This document shows, one piece after another, positions 31,898 through 44,900 of a stretch of DNA of 64,000 nucleotides (within the stretch, counting starts at the first letter, position 1; the number at the start of each line of letters is the position of its first letter). The notes beneath the pieces are model-generated. The model saw nothing but the letters and a program-made list of their open reading frames with translations. It was not told where the DNA came from and searched no databases. The DNA is from Candidatus Omnitrophota bacterium (lineage in GTDB: Bacteria; Omnitrophota; Gorgyraeia; Tantalellales; Tantalellaceae), in contig JBDRBG010000013.1 in assembly GCA_043823005.1 (NCBI GenBank), positions 25,233 to 89,232 of the forward strand, read 5' to 3'. Position numbers and translations under genes: made by a program.

Positions 31898-32503
31898 ATG
31901 AACATAGCAGTTTTTGCCTCAGGGAAAGGAACCAATTTGCAGTCGCTTATTGACGCGGAAAAAAGCGCGAATTTGGCAGAAGGACACATACGTTTAGTTA
32001 TAAGTGACAAAAAAGACGCTTATGCGCTTATTCGTGCCGCAAAAGCTGAAATAAATACTTTTGTTCTTGAAAGCAAAGAATGTTCTTCCCGGGAGGAATA
32101 CGAGAAGAAATTAATGATAAGATTGAAAAAAGAAAACATAGATCTAATTGTGCTTGCCGGTTTTATGCGTATTCTTAGCGCGGATTTTGTTGAAGCATAT
32201 AAGGGGAGGATTATAAATATACACCCGGCTCTATTGCCCAGTTTTAAGGGGATGCATGGAATAAAAGATGCTTTTGATTATGGAGTAAAAATTACCGGAG
32301 TAACTGTTCATTTCGTGGACAAAGAAATCGATGAAGGCCCAATAATATTGCAGAAAAGTATTTTAGTCGAAGACCATGATAACCTGGAAACTTTGGAAGA
32401 AAAAGTTCATAAAGAGGAACATGTTTTATATCCTTTAGTTGTTAAATTGTTTGTTGAGGGCAGACTTAAAATAGAAGGAAGGAAAGTGCGAATCGCGGAA
32501 TAA
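31898..32503 (+). CDS. purN: phosphoribosylglycinamide formyltransferase
   Basis: MNIAVFASGKGTNLQSLIDA matches the PurN N-terminus. The track ORF start at 31778 would run through the hairpin, so the ATG at 31898 is preferred. Confidence 0.8.
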   Translation: MNIAVFASGKGTNLQSLIDAEKSANLAEGHIRLVISDKKDAYALIRAAKAEINTFVLESKECSSREEYEKKLMIRLKKENIDLIVLAGFMRILSADFVEAYKGRIINIHPALLPSFKGMHGIKDAFDYGVKITGVTVHFVDKEIDEGPIILQKSILVEDHDNLETLEEKVHKEEHVLYPLVVKLFVEGRLKIEGRKVRIAE

Positions 32504-32559
32504 TATTAACGCATCAGTTTTTATCGAAAGAATAAATCTGGAGAGTCTGATGTTTTTAA

Positions 32560-34118
<1,559 letters not shown>

Positions 34119-34149
34119 CGGTGACTAACGGTTAACCGTCAACCAAAGT

Positions 34150-34186
34150 CGTCTTTGCGAGGGAGCGAAGCGACCGCGGCAATCTC
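34150..34186 (+). repeat. family-1 repeat
   Basis: CGTCTTTGCGAGGGAGCGAAGCGACCGCGGCAATCTC, preceded by the ACGGTTAACCGTCAAC module. Confidence 0.85.
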
Positions 34187-34201
34187 AATAAAAAAATAAA
34201 T

Positions 34202-35170
34202 CTATCTATTATATTTTTTTAAAAATCGTTGAACTTGAAACAAATTATGAAGGTTTTCAGTAGCGCCTGTACCTCCGCAGATAAGAGCGGATACTGCTGA
34301 AGCAAAAACAAGGTCTTCTTTGGTGATATCAAGAGGACCTTGTTTTTTTTGAACGCAGTATCTGAAAAGGAGTCCCGCAGTAAAACCATCTCCCGCGCCG
34401 ATAGTATCTACAAGAGGAATCTTAAAAGCCGGACAGAATATTCTCTTTTTGTTTTTATAAAAAAAAGACCCTTTTCCTCCAAGAGTTATAACGACTTTTT
34501 GGGGAAGTTTTTTTAAAGCAGAAGAAAGAGTTTTAGAGGAAGTAATCCCAAGGGCGTCTTGTTCGCTGAGTTTTAAGAGATCAACATACCGGAGAAGCTT
34601 TTTTATCCGGATACGGGCCATTTTTTTGTTTTTGATTCTGTTTTCGCGCCAGTTAGGGTCATAGGAGATAAGAATATTCTTTTTCTTTGCCTGTTGCATC
34701 AAAGAGAGAGTGTTCTCAAAGGTAAAATTATTATAAGAAAAAGCAGAAGCAGTATGGAATGCTTTGATATTGTTGAAAATAGATGATGGAATTTCTTTTT
34801 TTGAAAAAGCAGTAATTTTGCCTTGTGTTTTATAGAAGATATACGAAGAATCTCCTTTTTTATTAATTTTGGCAATAGCTAAACCGGGTTTTATATTTTT
34901 ATTATAAACAATATTTTTTGTGTTAAGTTTTTCTTTTAACATGATGTGACAAAGATTTTTGGAAAGAAAATCAGTGCCTGTTTTTGCTAAAAGAGAAACA
35001 CGAAGGCCCAATCGGGATAAAAGAATAGCTGTATTAAAGACAGACCCGCCCGGCCGGGCGGAAAAGTCCAGGGTTGGTTCTTGTTTTTTGCCTTTTGATA
35101 TAAGGTCAAAAGCTATGTTTCCACAGCAAAGTATCATGTCGGTATTATAGCACAAGTTGTGGTGCGCCAA
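34202..35170 (-). CDS. PfkB-family carbohydrate kinase (fructokinase/ribokinase-like)
   Basis: Has the DTIGAGDGFTAGLL anion-hole motif and an N-terminal GG motif. The true start may be the internal ATG at about 35137 (MILCCGN). Confidence 0.7.
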   Translation of the reverse strand: MAHHNLCYNTDMILCCGNIAFDLISKGKKQEPTLDFSARPGGSVFNTAILLSRLGLRVSLLAKTGTDFLSKNLCHIMLKEKLNTKNIVYNKNIKPGLAIAKINKKGDSSYIFYKTQGKITAFSKKEIPSSIFNNIKAFHTASAFSYNNFTFENTLSLMQQAKKKNILISYDPNWRENRIKNKKMARIRIKKLLRYVDLLKLSEQDALGITSSKTLSSALKKLPQKVVITLGGKGSFFYKNKKRIFCPAFKIPLVDTIGAGDGFTAGLLFRYCVQKKQGPLDITKEDLVFASAVSALICGGTGATENLHNLFQVQRFLKKYNR

Positions 35171-35261
35171 ACAAAAAATTAGTTCAGAGGGACACCCCAG
35201 GGATTGAAATTGGGACAGGTCTGGGATTAATTTCAGAACCGTCCCTGATTTCCGCTCTTCT

Positions 35262-35337
35262 GTCTTTGCGAGGGAGCAAGTGTGATTGCGTCAATTCTCC
35301 GTCTTCGCGAGGAGCGTGAGCGACGCGGCAAACTCGG
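35262..35337 (+). repeat. two tandem family-1 repeats, the first degenerate
   Basis: GTCTTTGCGAGGGAGCAAGTGTGATTGCGTCAATTCTC followed by CGTCTTCGCGAGGAGCGTGAGCGACGCGGCAAACTCGG. Confidence 0.75.
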
Positions 35338-35686
35338 ATAGAAATAGAATAAAAAGAAAAAATAAACCACAGAGAGCACAGAGGCACAGAGGGGGAAATA
35401 AGGCGCCTTTGGCGCCGTTCACGGGTCAAGGGTGAAGGGAAAGCGCTTCATCCGTCATTGGAGGAGTGTAGATATTAGGGACGGTTCTGAATTTGAACCT
35501 ACACCTGTCCCAAAATTAATCCCACACCTGTCCCCTAACCGTCGAAAGTTGGGTTTTGAATGGCTCTGTGACTCAGAGGCTCTGTGGTGAAAAATCTGGA
35601 AATCGGTCTTTAAAAAAGTGAATCGTCGTTAGTGAATGGTGAATAGTGAGATTGCCGCGGTCGCTCGTGCTCCCTCGCAAAGACAG
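35338..35686 (+). repeat. upstream flank block of the giant gene: modules Y (CACAGAG-rich), Z and X (CTCTGTGACTCAGAG-containing), then an inverted family-1 copy
   Basis: Shares long stretches with 50840-51072, for example ...AGAAATAGAATAAA..AGAAAAAA..CAGAGAGCACAGAG.CACAGAGGGGG and TTGGGTTTTGAAT.GCTCTGTGACTCAGAG.CTCTGTGG.GAAAAATCTGGAAATCGGTCTTTAAAAAAG. Confidence 0.75.
35648..35686 (-). repeat. family-1 repeat, inverted orientation
   Basis: GAGATTGCCGCGGTCGCTCGTGCTCCCTCGCAAAGACAG. Confidence 0.85.
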
Positions 35687-35707
35687 AAAAGGAGGAATGA
35701 CCCATTT

Positions 35708-35750
35708 CGTCATTGCGAACCCTGAGCCAAGCGAAGGGTGCGGCAATCTC
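35708..35750 (+). repeat. family-1 repeat, diverged
   Basis: CGTCATTGCGAACCCTGAGCCAAGCGAAGGGTGCGGCAATCTC. Confidence 0.7.
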
Positions 35751-35820
35751 TAGAAAAAGTAAAAAAAAGACAGGGCTGGGAGTGGATTCAACCTGTTTTC
35801 AATCTTCAGGAAAGCTTTCA

Positions 35821-35850
35821 TTAGACTAACTAGCTTTTCCGTGATATAAT
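35821..35850 (+). promoter_or_regulatory. candidate promoter of the giant gene
   Basis: TTAGAC, an 18-nt spacer, then TATAAT, located 75 nt upstream of the ATG at 35926. Confidence 0.35.
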
Positions 35851-35925
35851 GCACGAAATATTTTTGCAAATAATGCATATATATTAGAAAATGTTAATAA
35901 TCAATACGAATAATATAACGAAACA

Positions 35926-38900
35926 ATGATACGACATCAAACAAAATACAAATTCTGGATAAAAAGTATCACAATAGCTGTTTTATGTTTGTTTGTGGTA
36001 AATGATTTTGTGTTCGCGATTAATACTATTAAGGAACGAATGCCAAAATATACATTAGCGCCTGTTTCGCGGCTTAGCCCTATGGTGACAATCACAGGAA
36101 CAGGCAAGGACTTGTCTATTGTCGAAGAATTTTCTGACATATCTAATTTAGCCGAAGAATTTAAAAAAGACATTAGTTTTTCTTATATAACGCAGTTAAT
36201 CTCCCAGGTATTAACTGATTATGGCGTTAAAATTACTGCTCAAGGATTAATAAAACTTATCAGTCAGGATCTTGCTCATATTGATTTTAAAAAATACAGA
36301 TTTGACGGATTGTATCAGGATGAAGAGGTTTTTTATCTTCCCTGTTGTCTAAGCTGTATGGGAAAAGAATGGGAAAACAAGATTTACCTCAGGTATTATC
36401 CTAAAAAATATAAACCCCAAGGATCTTTTGATGAATATAAAGTTTTAAAAACGATTGATCTGAAAAGCGAAGAAATTATTTGTGAAGTATGTTGTTTGAA
36501 AAAAGATAATCCTGAGATATTGCAGAAGTTTGTTCTTGAAAACCCGCAGAAAAAACCCGAAGACAAGAAAAACGACATGATAGATACGCGTCCTGTTAAA
36601 GCTAACCTTCTTCACGAACTATACGTCGAACATGACATGGCAGTTAAAGAGATTATAAATCTTGAAAACAAACTATTAACAGCTGTATATGGCGGAGCAG
36701 GAGCAGATATATCGAATTTTTTATTGTCTACTAACGCGCAAAAAGGATATTTTATTTCACAATATAAAAACTTTTGGTCAGAACTATCAGCACAAGACCT
36801 GAAAGAATGTTTCGAGTCTCTCAGTGCAGAAGCATATATAAAAAAATATTGCAGTAAATGGTACTCTAAAAGTAAATATCATGATGGTTATGGAACTGCC
36901 GCGTTTATCTGGACTAATTGGCAGATAATAGCAGCGCTGGCTTTAGAGCTAAAAGCAATAGGAGTTGATCTAAGCACAGTTAAAGTGATCAAAGAAAAAG
37001 GATGTCCTGCAATACAATTTAAATGGAATTATTCCGGGGCAGAAGAAAAAGAATATAAAATAATTTTTGTAAATGCGGATATAACACGTCCTGAAGAATA
37101 TCAAGACATATTAAAGGACGAGAAAATAGACATTTATTATCAGCGCGCAGGGCTTGAAATCGCAAAAAATTATAAGAAGAAAACGAAAAGTTTTATTAAT
37201 TTTATTAACCAATGCATGAGAAAAGATGGATATTATGTTACAGATGATAATATCTGGTCTTCATTTTGGTTTATAAAGGCTAAGACTCCGCCTTTTCCAG
37301 TGAAAGCTAAAGAAATAAAAACCCCCAGAATTATAGACATGGACAAAAAGGTCCTAAAATTACGGAAGTGGTGTTTTCTGGCAGCAGATAATATTAAGGC
37401 TTATGGAGTTTGCGTAAATATCAGAAAAAAGCTTGATACGGAAAACGAACAAGATATTAATAATAATATCGATCAGCGCCTAGTTAAAGCCGGTCTTCTC
37501 CACGAACTATATGTCGAACATGATATGGCGGTTAAGGAAATAGTCAACCCGGACAATAAACCCTTAACAGTAGTATATGGCGGAGCAGGAGCTGATATAT
37601 CAAATTTTCTTTTGTCTACAAACGCTATAAAAGCTTTTTTTGTGGATAAAGTAGAAATTGATATTGAAAGAATACAAAAGCTTAAATATGAAAGCTGGGA
37701 CAAGCTAGAGCAACTTATAGAACAGGTTAAAACAGAAGAAGGAGAATCTTACAGGGCGTATAAAGAACGGTTTGGGTATGGGATTACTTGGGGAGAAACA
37801 GAAGAAGAAAAAAAGGATCTGGAACTTCTTATTCTTTTTGAATTAAAAGCCATAGGAGTTAATAAAAACTCGATCAGGATCAGAAACAATAAAGGCTTTC
37901 CGGAGATCAAGTTCAAGTGGACTTATTTAAATGGTGTTCAAAAACAATATTCGATTACATTTATTAATACTGCTATTGATGAACCGGAAAAATACCCAAA
38001 ATTATTACAAGATGTCTTAAAGAAAAAAATAGATATTTATTATCAGAGAGCAGGTAATTATATTGCTTCTAATTATGAAAAATTCCTTCCTTTGATAGCA
38101 TCAAAATTAAAAGCGGGAGGATTTTTAATTACAGATGACTTTTTGCCTATTGGGACCAGCGGATCTTTTTTGAAAAAACTCGTACAAAAGCATTTAAAAG
38201 ATATGTATATAGCTAATCCAGATTTGCTTTTGGCAGATAAAGAGCGGTCAATTTTTACTCAAAAAGATGAAATGAAAAATGACAGGATAAAACAAGCGGA
38301 GAGAAAAATCATAGAAGATAGACAACGTTATGTAAAGGATAGCAGCGGCAATTTTTCCCACTATGGCTGGGATGTTCATTTGCGCCAAAAAATAAGGTCT
38401 GTGAATACTGTCAAACCGCCTCCGGGGACGCCTGCTACGTTATTAAAATATATGTATGATAACAAAATATTTAAGGATAACGCGAAAACAGCTATGGATA
38501 TGGCAGGGCAAAGAGGCGGCAAAGATAGCCTTTCTACAATATATTATGAACTAAACGTTTTAAGAAGAGTTGGTTTAGCGATAAAATCCGGGACAAGGTA
38601 TTATTTGCGGGAGGAGGCCATAGAGATGCTTCCGGAGACAATAATAAATGAAAACCCTGAATTAAATATTGCTTACCCTTCGGAACAAGAGAAAACCAGG
38701 ATGAAAGAGCGGCTCAAAACCGGGTTTTCTCCAAAGACAAAAATTGATTTTTTGCGAAACCAGGGTTTTATCGGGCCGAAAGATATTATGAACGAATTTG
38801 GCAGGAAAAGAAAAAAAGGAGAACAGCAGTTTTTATGGGACGATGTGACGGATCCTGCAAAACTTTTTATGATAAATAAACTTGCCGGAAGTTTTGGGAT

Positions 38901-41900
38901 ACAGCCGGGAGAATTAACCGTGGGCCATTTCATGAAGAATAGGGAAGTTTTTAACGGCAAAAACATTCGAAGTCTTATTAACTGGTTTGATGCAAAATCC
39001 GGATGTAACGGCAGTTATAAGGAAGCATTAAAAAAACTGAAACAATATTTTAAAATACAAGATTTAATAGACAGGCAAATTCAAACAAGTGAACTTTTGC
39101 GTTTAATAAGACAAGGAAGAGCAAAAGAGGGAATAAATATATGGGAAAGAAGCATAAAATCGGCAAAATTATTTGTTCTTCAAATAGTTTCCGCAAAGAG
39201 AAGAAAGAAGATAGAACAGTTAAATGTTTATGATATTAGGGGCGGATTAGCCTGTTTTAAAGGCAACGGTGTTTCAGGGATCATCGATTGGGCGATGCGG
39301 AAGTTTTACTGCAAAAACAGCAGTGGAGTAGGAGTTCACCGTTTGAAAAAGTATTTAGGCAAACAAGACAAGGTTCCTCCGCATCCGGTATTATGTTTAT
39401 TTTGTACGGATTGGGAAGAGGCGATTAAGTCCGGAGTATTGTCATGCAAGACGTTAGCCGAAGAAGTAAGAGCCGTAGATTTAAAGGTAAGAGAATCTTT
39501 TAACGGAGAGGATGAACCGCATTATAATGCCGAATATTTTTCAACTGTAAGAATATTAGAAAAAAAAGATTTTATATTGCCTGTTTTAAAACAATGGAGT
39601 GGAGCCAAAAACAAGATTGGGATTGAAAGCCTTATGCGGATATATTGCCGGCAAATAAGGCCCATATTATATGGGCTCGATGAAAAGAAAAAATCAGGTT
39701 GTGATAGTATTGATGTTCCATCCCGGAATCTTGTTTCGGAAAAGCCGGTTCCTGATAAGCAAGAAAACAAAATAATTTTTAGAGGAATCGGCAAAAATGA
39801 AGATATGGATTATACGAATCTTTTCAGGGATCTGGATGCGGAAACCAGGGCCTTAGGCTGGCCTTTAGCGCGCAGACAAAGATATTTAACCCTTTTAGCT
39901 TCTATTAATAGCCTTGAAAGTAGAATGAAAGAGCTGACAGAGCGGGAATTACAGGCAAAAACAAAGGAATTTAAGGCGAGATTAGATTTAGAAGAAACAC
40001 TTGACGATCTTTTACCCGAAGCTTTTGCTGTTGTCAGGGAAACCGCGCGGCGCGTAATAAACGAAAGGCCGCATGATATACAAATTCTGGCCGGTATAGC
40101 TATGCATGAAGCTAAAGGAATAGAAATGGATTCCAGCCAGGGCAAAACTTTGACCGCGATGATGCCGGCTTATTTAAATGCTTTGACAGAACGGGGAGTG
40201 CAAATACATACGACTAACAATTATTTAGCTAAAAGAGACGCCGATTATATCGGTCGGATTTTTGACTTTTTGGGCCTAACCAGCGGAGCTATTACTTCAA
40301 AAGGATCTTTTTTGTTTAAAAAAGAAGGTAATCCGCGGACAACAAGTAAAATAAGAAACCTTTGCGTATTACCGCACAAAAATCAGGAGGAAATCAGGGT
40401 TTCTAAAAGAAGGATATATAATACTGATGTTGTGTATGGTTGGGCGAGAGAAATAGTTTTTGATAAGCTTAAGGATGACCTGGCTGACGGAAGGGGCAAT
40501 CTGGTTCAAAGAAACCTTGCTCCGGAGCTTATTATTGTGGATGAAGCAGACAGCCTTTTAATTGATGAGAATAAAGACATGTTGGTTTTAGCCGCGCAAA
40601 ATAAGAACTTTTTTGAGAGAAGATTTTTTGAATTAATATATGACTTTTCCGGCCGTTATATTCCGAAAATAGATTACAGCGTCGATATATACGAAAGAAC
40701 AGTATCTTTAACAGGAACAGGGAAAGTTTTGATCGAAGAGCTGTTATTGGAATCTCCGGCGCTTAAAAAAATAGACAGAGAGTATCTTGTTCTATTAATG
40801 GAAAAAGCCCTGGAAATACAGTTTTACGCGAAGGATGAAGATTATACTGTATGTTCGGGGAAAAAAGTTGTTATTGTTGATAAGTATAGCGGCAGGTTAA
40901 AAGACGGAAATGTCTGGGAACATGGGGTACAGCAATTTATAGAAAAACAGGAAAAGACTGTTTTACATGAGATGATCTTTTCGGTGCATGAGATGACGTA
41001 TAAAAACTATTATGGGCATCAGGAGAAAATAGCTCCTATGAGCGCTACTCTTTTGAGCGAGGAAGAAGAAATATCAGCTAATTATGGAGTAGAAATAGTA
41101 AAGATGCCTTTGCGAGTAGAGTCAAGACGCGAAAATTTGTATCCTTTAGTTTTTTTAACAAAAGAAGAAAAAAGGGCCGCTATATGTAAAGATGTTCTAG
41201 CTATGCAAAAGAAAAGGCGTCCTGTTCTGATCGGGGTGTCAACTATCAGGGAAGCTGAGAATATAAAAAAAATATTGAATAAAGCGGGTATTTTTCCGGA
41301 AATTCTGGACGGTAGGAACGAAACGATTGAAAGCAGTATTATAGAACGAGCCGGACAGTGTTCGGGCGTAACTATAGTTACACCGGCCGGAGCAAGAGGA
41401 GTGCATATACGGCTTGGGCAAGGTGTTTCTGCGCGCGGCGGTTTGCATGCAATAGGAGGGGTTTTTTATGAGAACAAGAGAATGGAGGATCAATTTAATA
41501 AACGCGCGGCCAGAGGCGGAGACCCCGGAAGTTCAAGAAATTATATATCGTTAGATGAAGAGAATATACGGATTTTTGGAGGAGATGACAGAAAAAAACT
41601 AAAACAAGCCCTGAAAAACCTTGAACAATTGGGCCTTTCACAGGAAGAAGCGATTTTATCTTCTGAAGGCAGAGAAATAATAAGAAATATTCAACATTTG
41701 CTCGGCAGGATTCGTAAGCGGCAGGAAGATTACGTCAGGCGGTCAAGAGAACGATTTTTAAAATATGATGATATTATAGATCCTTTTAGGGAATGTTTTT
41801 TCTCTTTTCGCCGAAGCATTCTTGAACTTGAGGATGAGGGGGAAAGAAGAAAAACATTAAAACTGATTGATGATTTATGGATACGATGTCAATTGGATTT

Positions 41901-44900
41901 AAGCAGGTTAAAGGGCCGGGTAGATATAAAAAAATATGAAAAAATAGTAAATATGAAATTTGACAAAATAGCGGATTGTATTAAAAATAATTGTAAAATA
42001 ATTCCCGCCCCAAAACAAAATATTCCGGGCGGTGAAAATATCGAGCTGATGGAACAAATGGCTTTTAGTCCGGAAACACAAAACATATATATCCATAAAA
42101 ACTCGATTTTAATAAAAGAATATGAATTTATGTTCGAAGCAGGAGAAAAACAATTAAAAGAGCAGGTTCTCTTAATAAGCGATTTTATGGGCGGAAACAT
42201 CCCAAAGATCAACTTGATGGAACTCATCAAAAGAAAACAGGAAAGGATTGAAAAAGCGATAATAGCCAGGGCAATACTGCAGACTGAAAGCGACAGAGAG
42301 ACAGCAGAACTTTTGAATTGTGAAGAACGGTTTGGTTATAATAAAAGAAAACAATACGGATGGGACAGAAAGGAATGGCATAAAATAATAGAATATTCCG
42401 AGGGTGTACCGTATGTTCCGTTTTTGGGAATAGATCTAAAAAAAATATTAAAGGAAGTACGGGAAACGCTCGGACAGTATTTAGTTAAAGGGGCGCTTTT
42501 TTGGACAACCGGCGACAAAACAAAAGCCCTGGAAAAACTGGGAGTAAATATTGATACAGGAAAGGAGATAACGGAGTTATTGGCAAAATACAGGGGAGAT
42601 AAGCAATATGTCGCGCAAAAATTACATATAACAAAAAATCAACTGAATTTATGTCTTCAGGAAACAAAAGAAGTTTTAGGGTGGCTAGAAGATGTGTGCG
42701 CGTTGGAAGTGCCTGAAGAACCAAAAACCTGTGTATTTGAGGATATTCGGGGATATTCTTATCAAAATGATTTGAAATGCGGATTTATCCAATCAAAAAC
42801 AGGAAAAGCGCCTGAAGCACTGGGGAAAATACGCAAAGAACAAAGAGAAAAGCTTTCGCCGGTCAATATTCCGGATTCCGAAGATCTTGTAAATTATATT
42901 CAAACAAAAATAGATCTATTTCCTCAAAGCTTTTTGCAAACAAATTTACCTGAATGGATAACGATGCAGGTTTCTGTTTGCCGCAGAGAATTCAATGGAG
43001 CTCTTGAAAGGATCAAAAATAATAAAATATTTTCTTTCAAAGCCTTGATATATGACGATGAAGATTATGCTTTAGGATACGGGGATGAGGAAGAAATAGG
43101 GATAGCAGAAGAACTTTTAGGTTTAGAAAAACCTCTTTTAGCCGAATATCTTTTTCATGAAGCAATTTGTTTTAAGGTGGGACATAAAAAGGCAAGAGAA
43201 TTGCAGAGTTTTCTTTTCCCTGAAAACTATAGCACAACAGACGCCGGCATTCGAAAAAGTAAATTACAGGAAGAGCTTCGAGCCGTTATAAAGAAGAAGG
43301 TAGATTCAAAAGAGCCGGAATCAAAAAAAGAAGAAGCAGATGCTTTGGAAGAAAAGGGCATAGAACAAGAAGAAAAATTTACAGGAATACGATTTTTAAA
43401 AGACAGAATTCTTATAATAAAGAAAGATTTCAGGTTTTCATTACAGACTCCGCGCGTTAAAGACGCGTTATCTCGTATGCATAATTTTATGCGCAAAAAA
43501 CTTCCCTCTATTGACATGAATCAATTGATAAAAAAGATAAAGGAAGAAATAGAAAAACCATTAATTGCCGGAGCTTTTGTTCAAACAAAAGGAAAGAAAT
43601 GCCAGGCTATAGAATTACTTGATATGTATTCGGCAGAATTTCACAATAAATTTCAAAAGTACAATTTCTTGGATACTGAACTTTTGCGGGAATATGCTAA
43701 AAACGTTCCCGTAATCCCGGCTGAAGGAATAGAGTTAAAAAAAATAATCAAAGAGGCAGTTAATAAATTAGAGAAACATTTAATTGTCAGGACATTGAAG
43801 CAGACAAAGGGACATAGAAGCGAAACAGCTAAACGGTTAAAAGTTTCTCTGGCCGGATTGTGGTATAAAATAAATCAGCTTTTTGAAGAGAACGACGGCA
43901 TTTCTAAAGTTTCAACAGGGACTAAAAGGAGAGAGGATATGCCTGTGGATACAGAGCCGGCAATAGAGGTGTCAGACAGCCTTAGTGGCGATAAATTAGA
44001 AGCAGGTGGGCAGGTAGAGGATGTTGTTACATCAAAAAAGCCTGCTTGGGCCGGGTTCAAAGGGCTTTCGCTCAAAGAAATGGATGAAATAATAGCTATC
44101 ATAAATAGGAACGCACATCTAAAACAAGCCGCGGCTAAACTCGGAATGTCGCATTACAAGCTTGGAACAAAGATACAAGAAATAAGAGAGAGCGCTTTAG
44201 TCCGGGAAGATAAAAGGCGTATCGAGAGCCTGGACAGGGCTTTAGTATTTTTGCCGAGTTATACTAATAGGTTATTAAACGCGTTAAAAAAGACAAACGG
44301 GAATCAAACAATGGCAGCGCAAAGATTGGGACAGCAGCCCGCGTATATCAGTATGATGCTAAAAACAGCAAAAAAAGCCATTATTAACAAGGGCAACGGT
44401 TATTTGTTTGCGAAATATGATCAGTTGCCGGTTTCTAAGCGCGGAAAAGGAAGAAAGAAAAAAGAAGAAGGCATAATGCCGCATATCAATAAAGCTGAGG
44501 CAATAGTGGAAACAACAACTACAGAAGATAACATTCCGGAAGAAAAAATTGAACCAAAAACAATAGAAAATCTGAGAGATGCAGGAGAACTTCATAGCGA
44601 TACAGAAGAGACAAAAGATAGAGAAGCCGTAATTGATGCGGCGATAGAGGAAATAACAACTACAGAAGATAATAGTCTGAAAGAAAATATTGAACCAAAA
44701 ACTGATGTTCAAGAAACAGAAGAAATGCAAGAGACACAAACAATTGCAGAACCTGTTTTGCAGGAAGAAGAACAAGTTCAAGTAGAAGATATAGAACTGC
44801 CGGAAAATAAAGAAATCTTACAGAAAGTAAAAGACCTTGGATGGGATAACAAAACAATTGTGAGGTATTTGGGACAGCTGAACAGGATTAATGAATTAGA

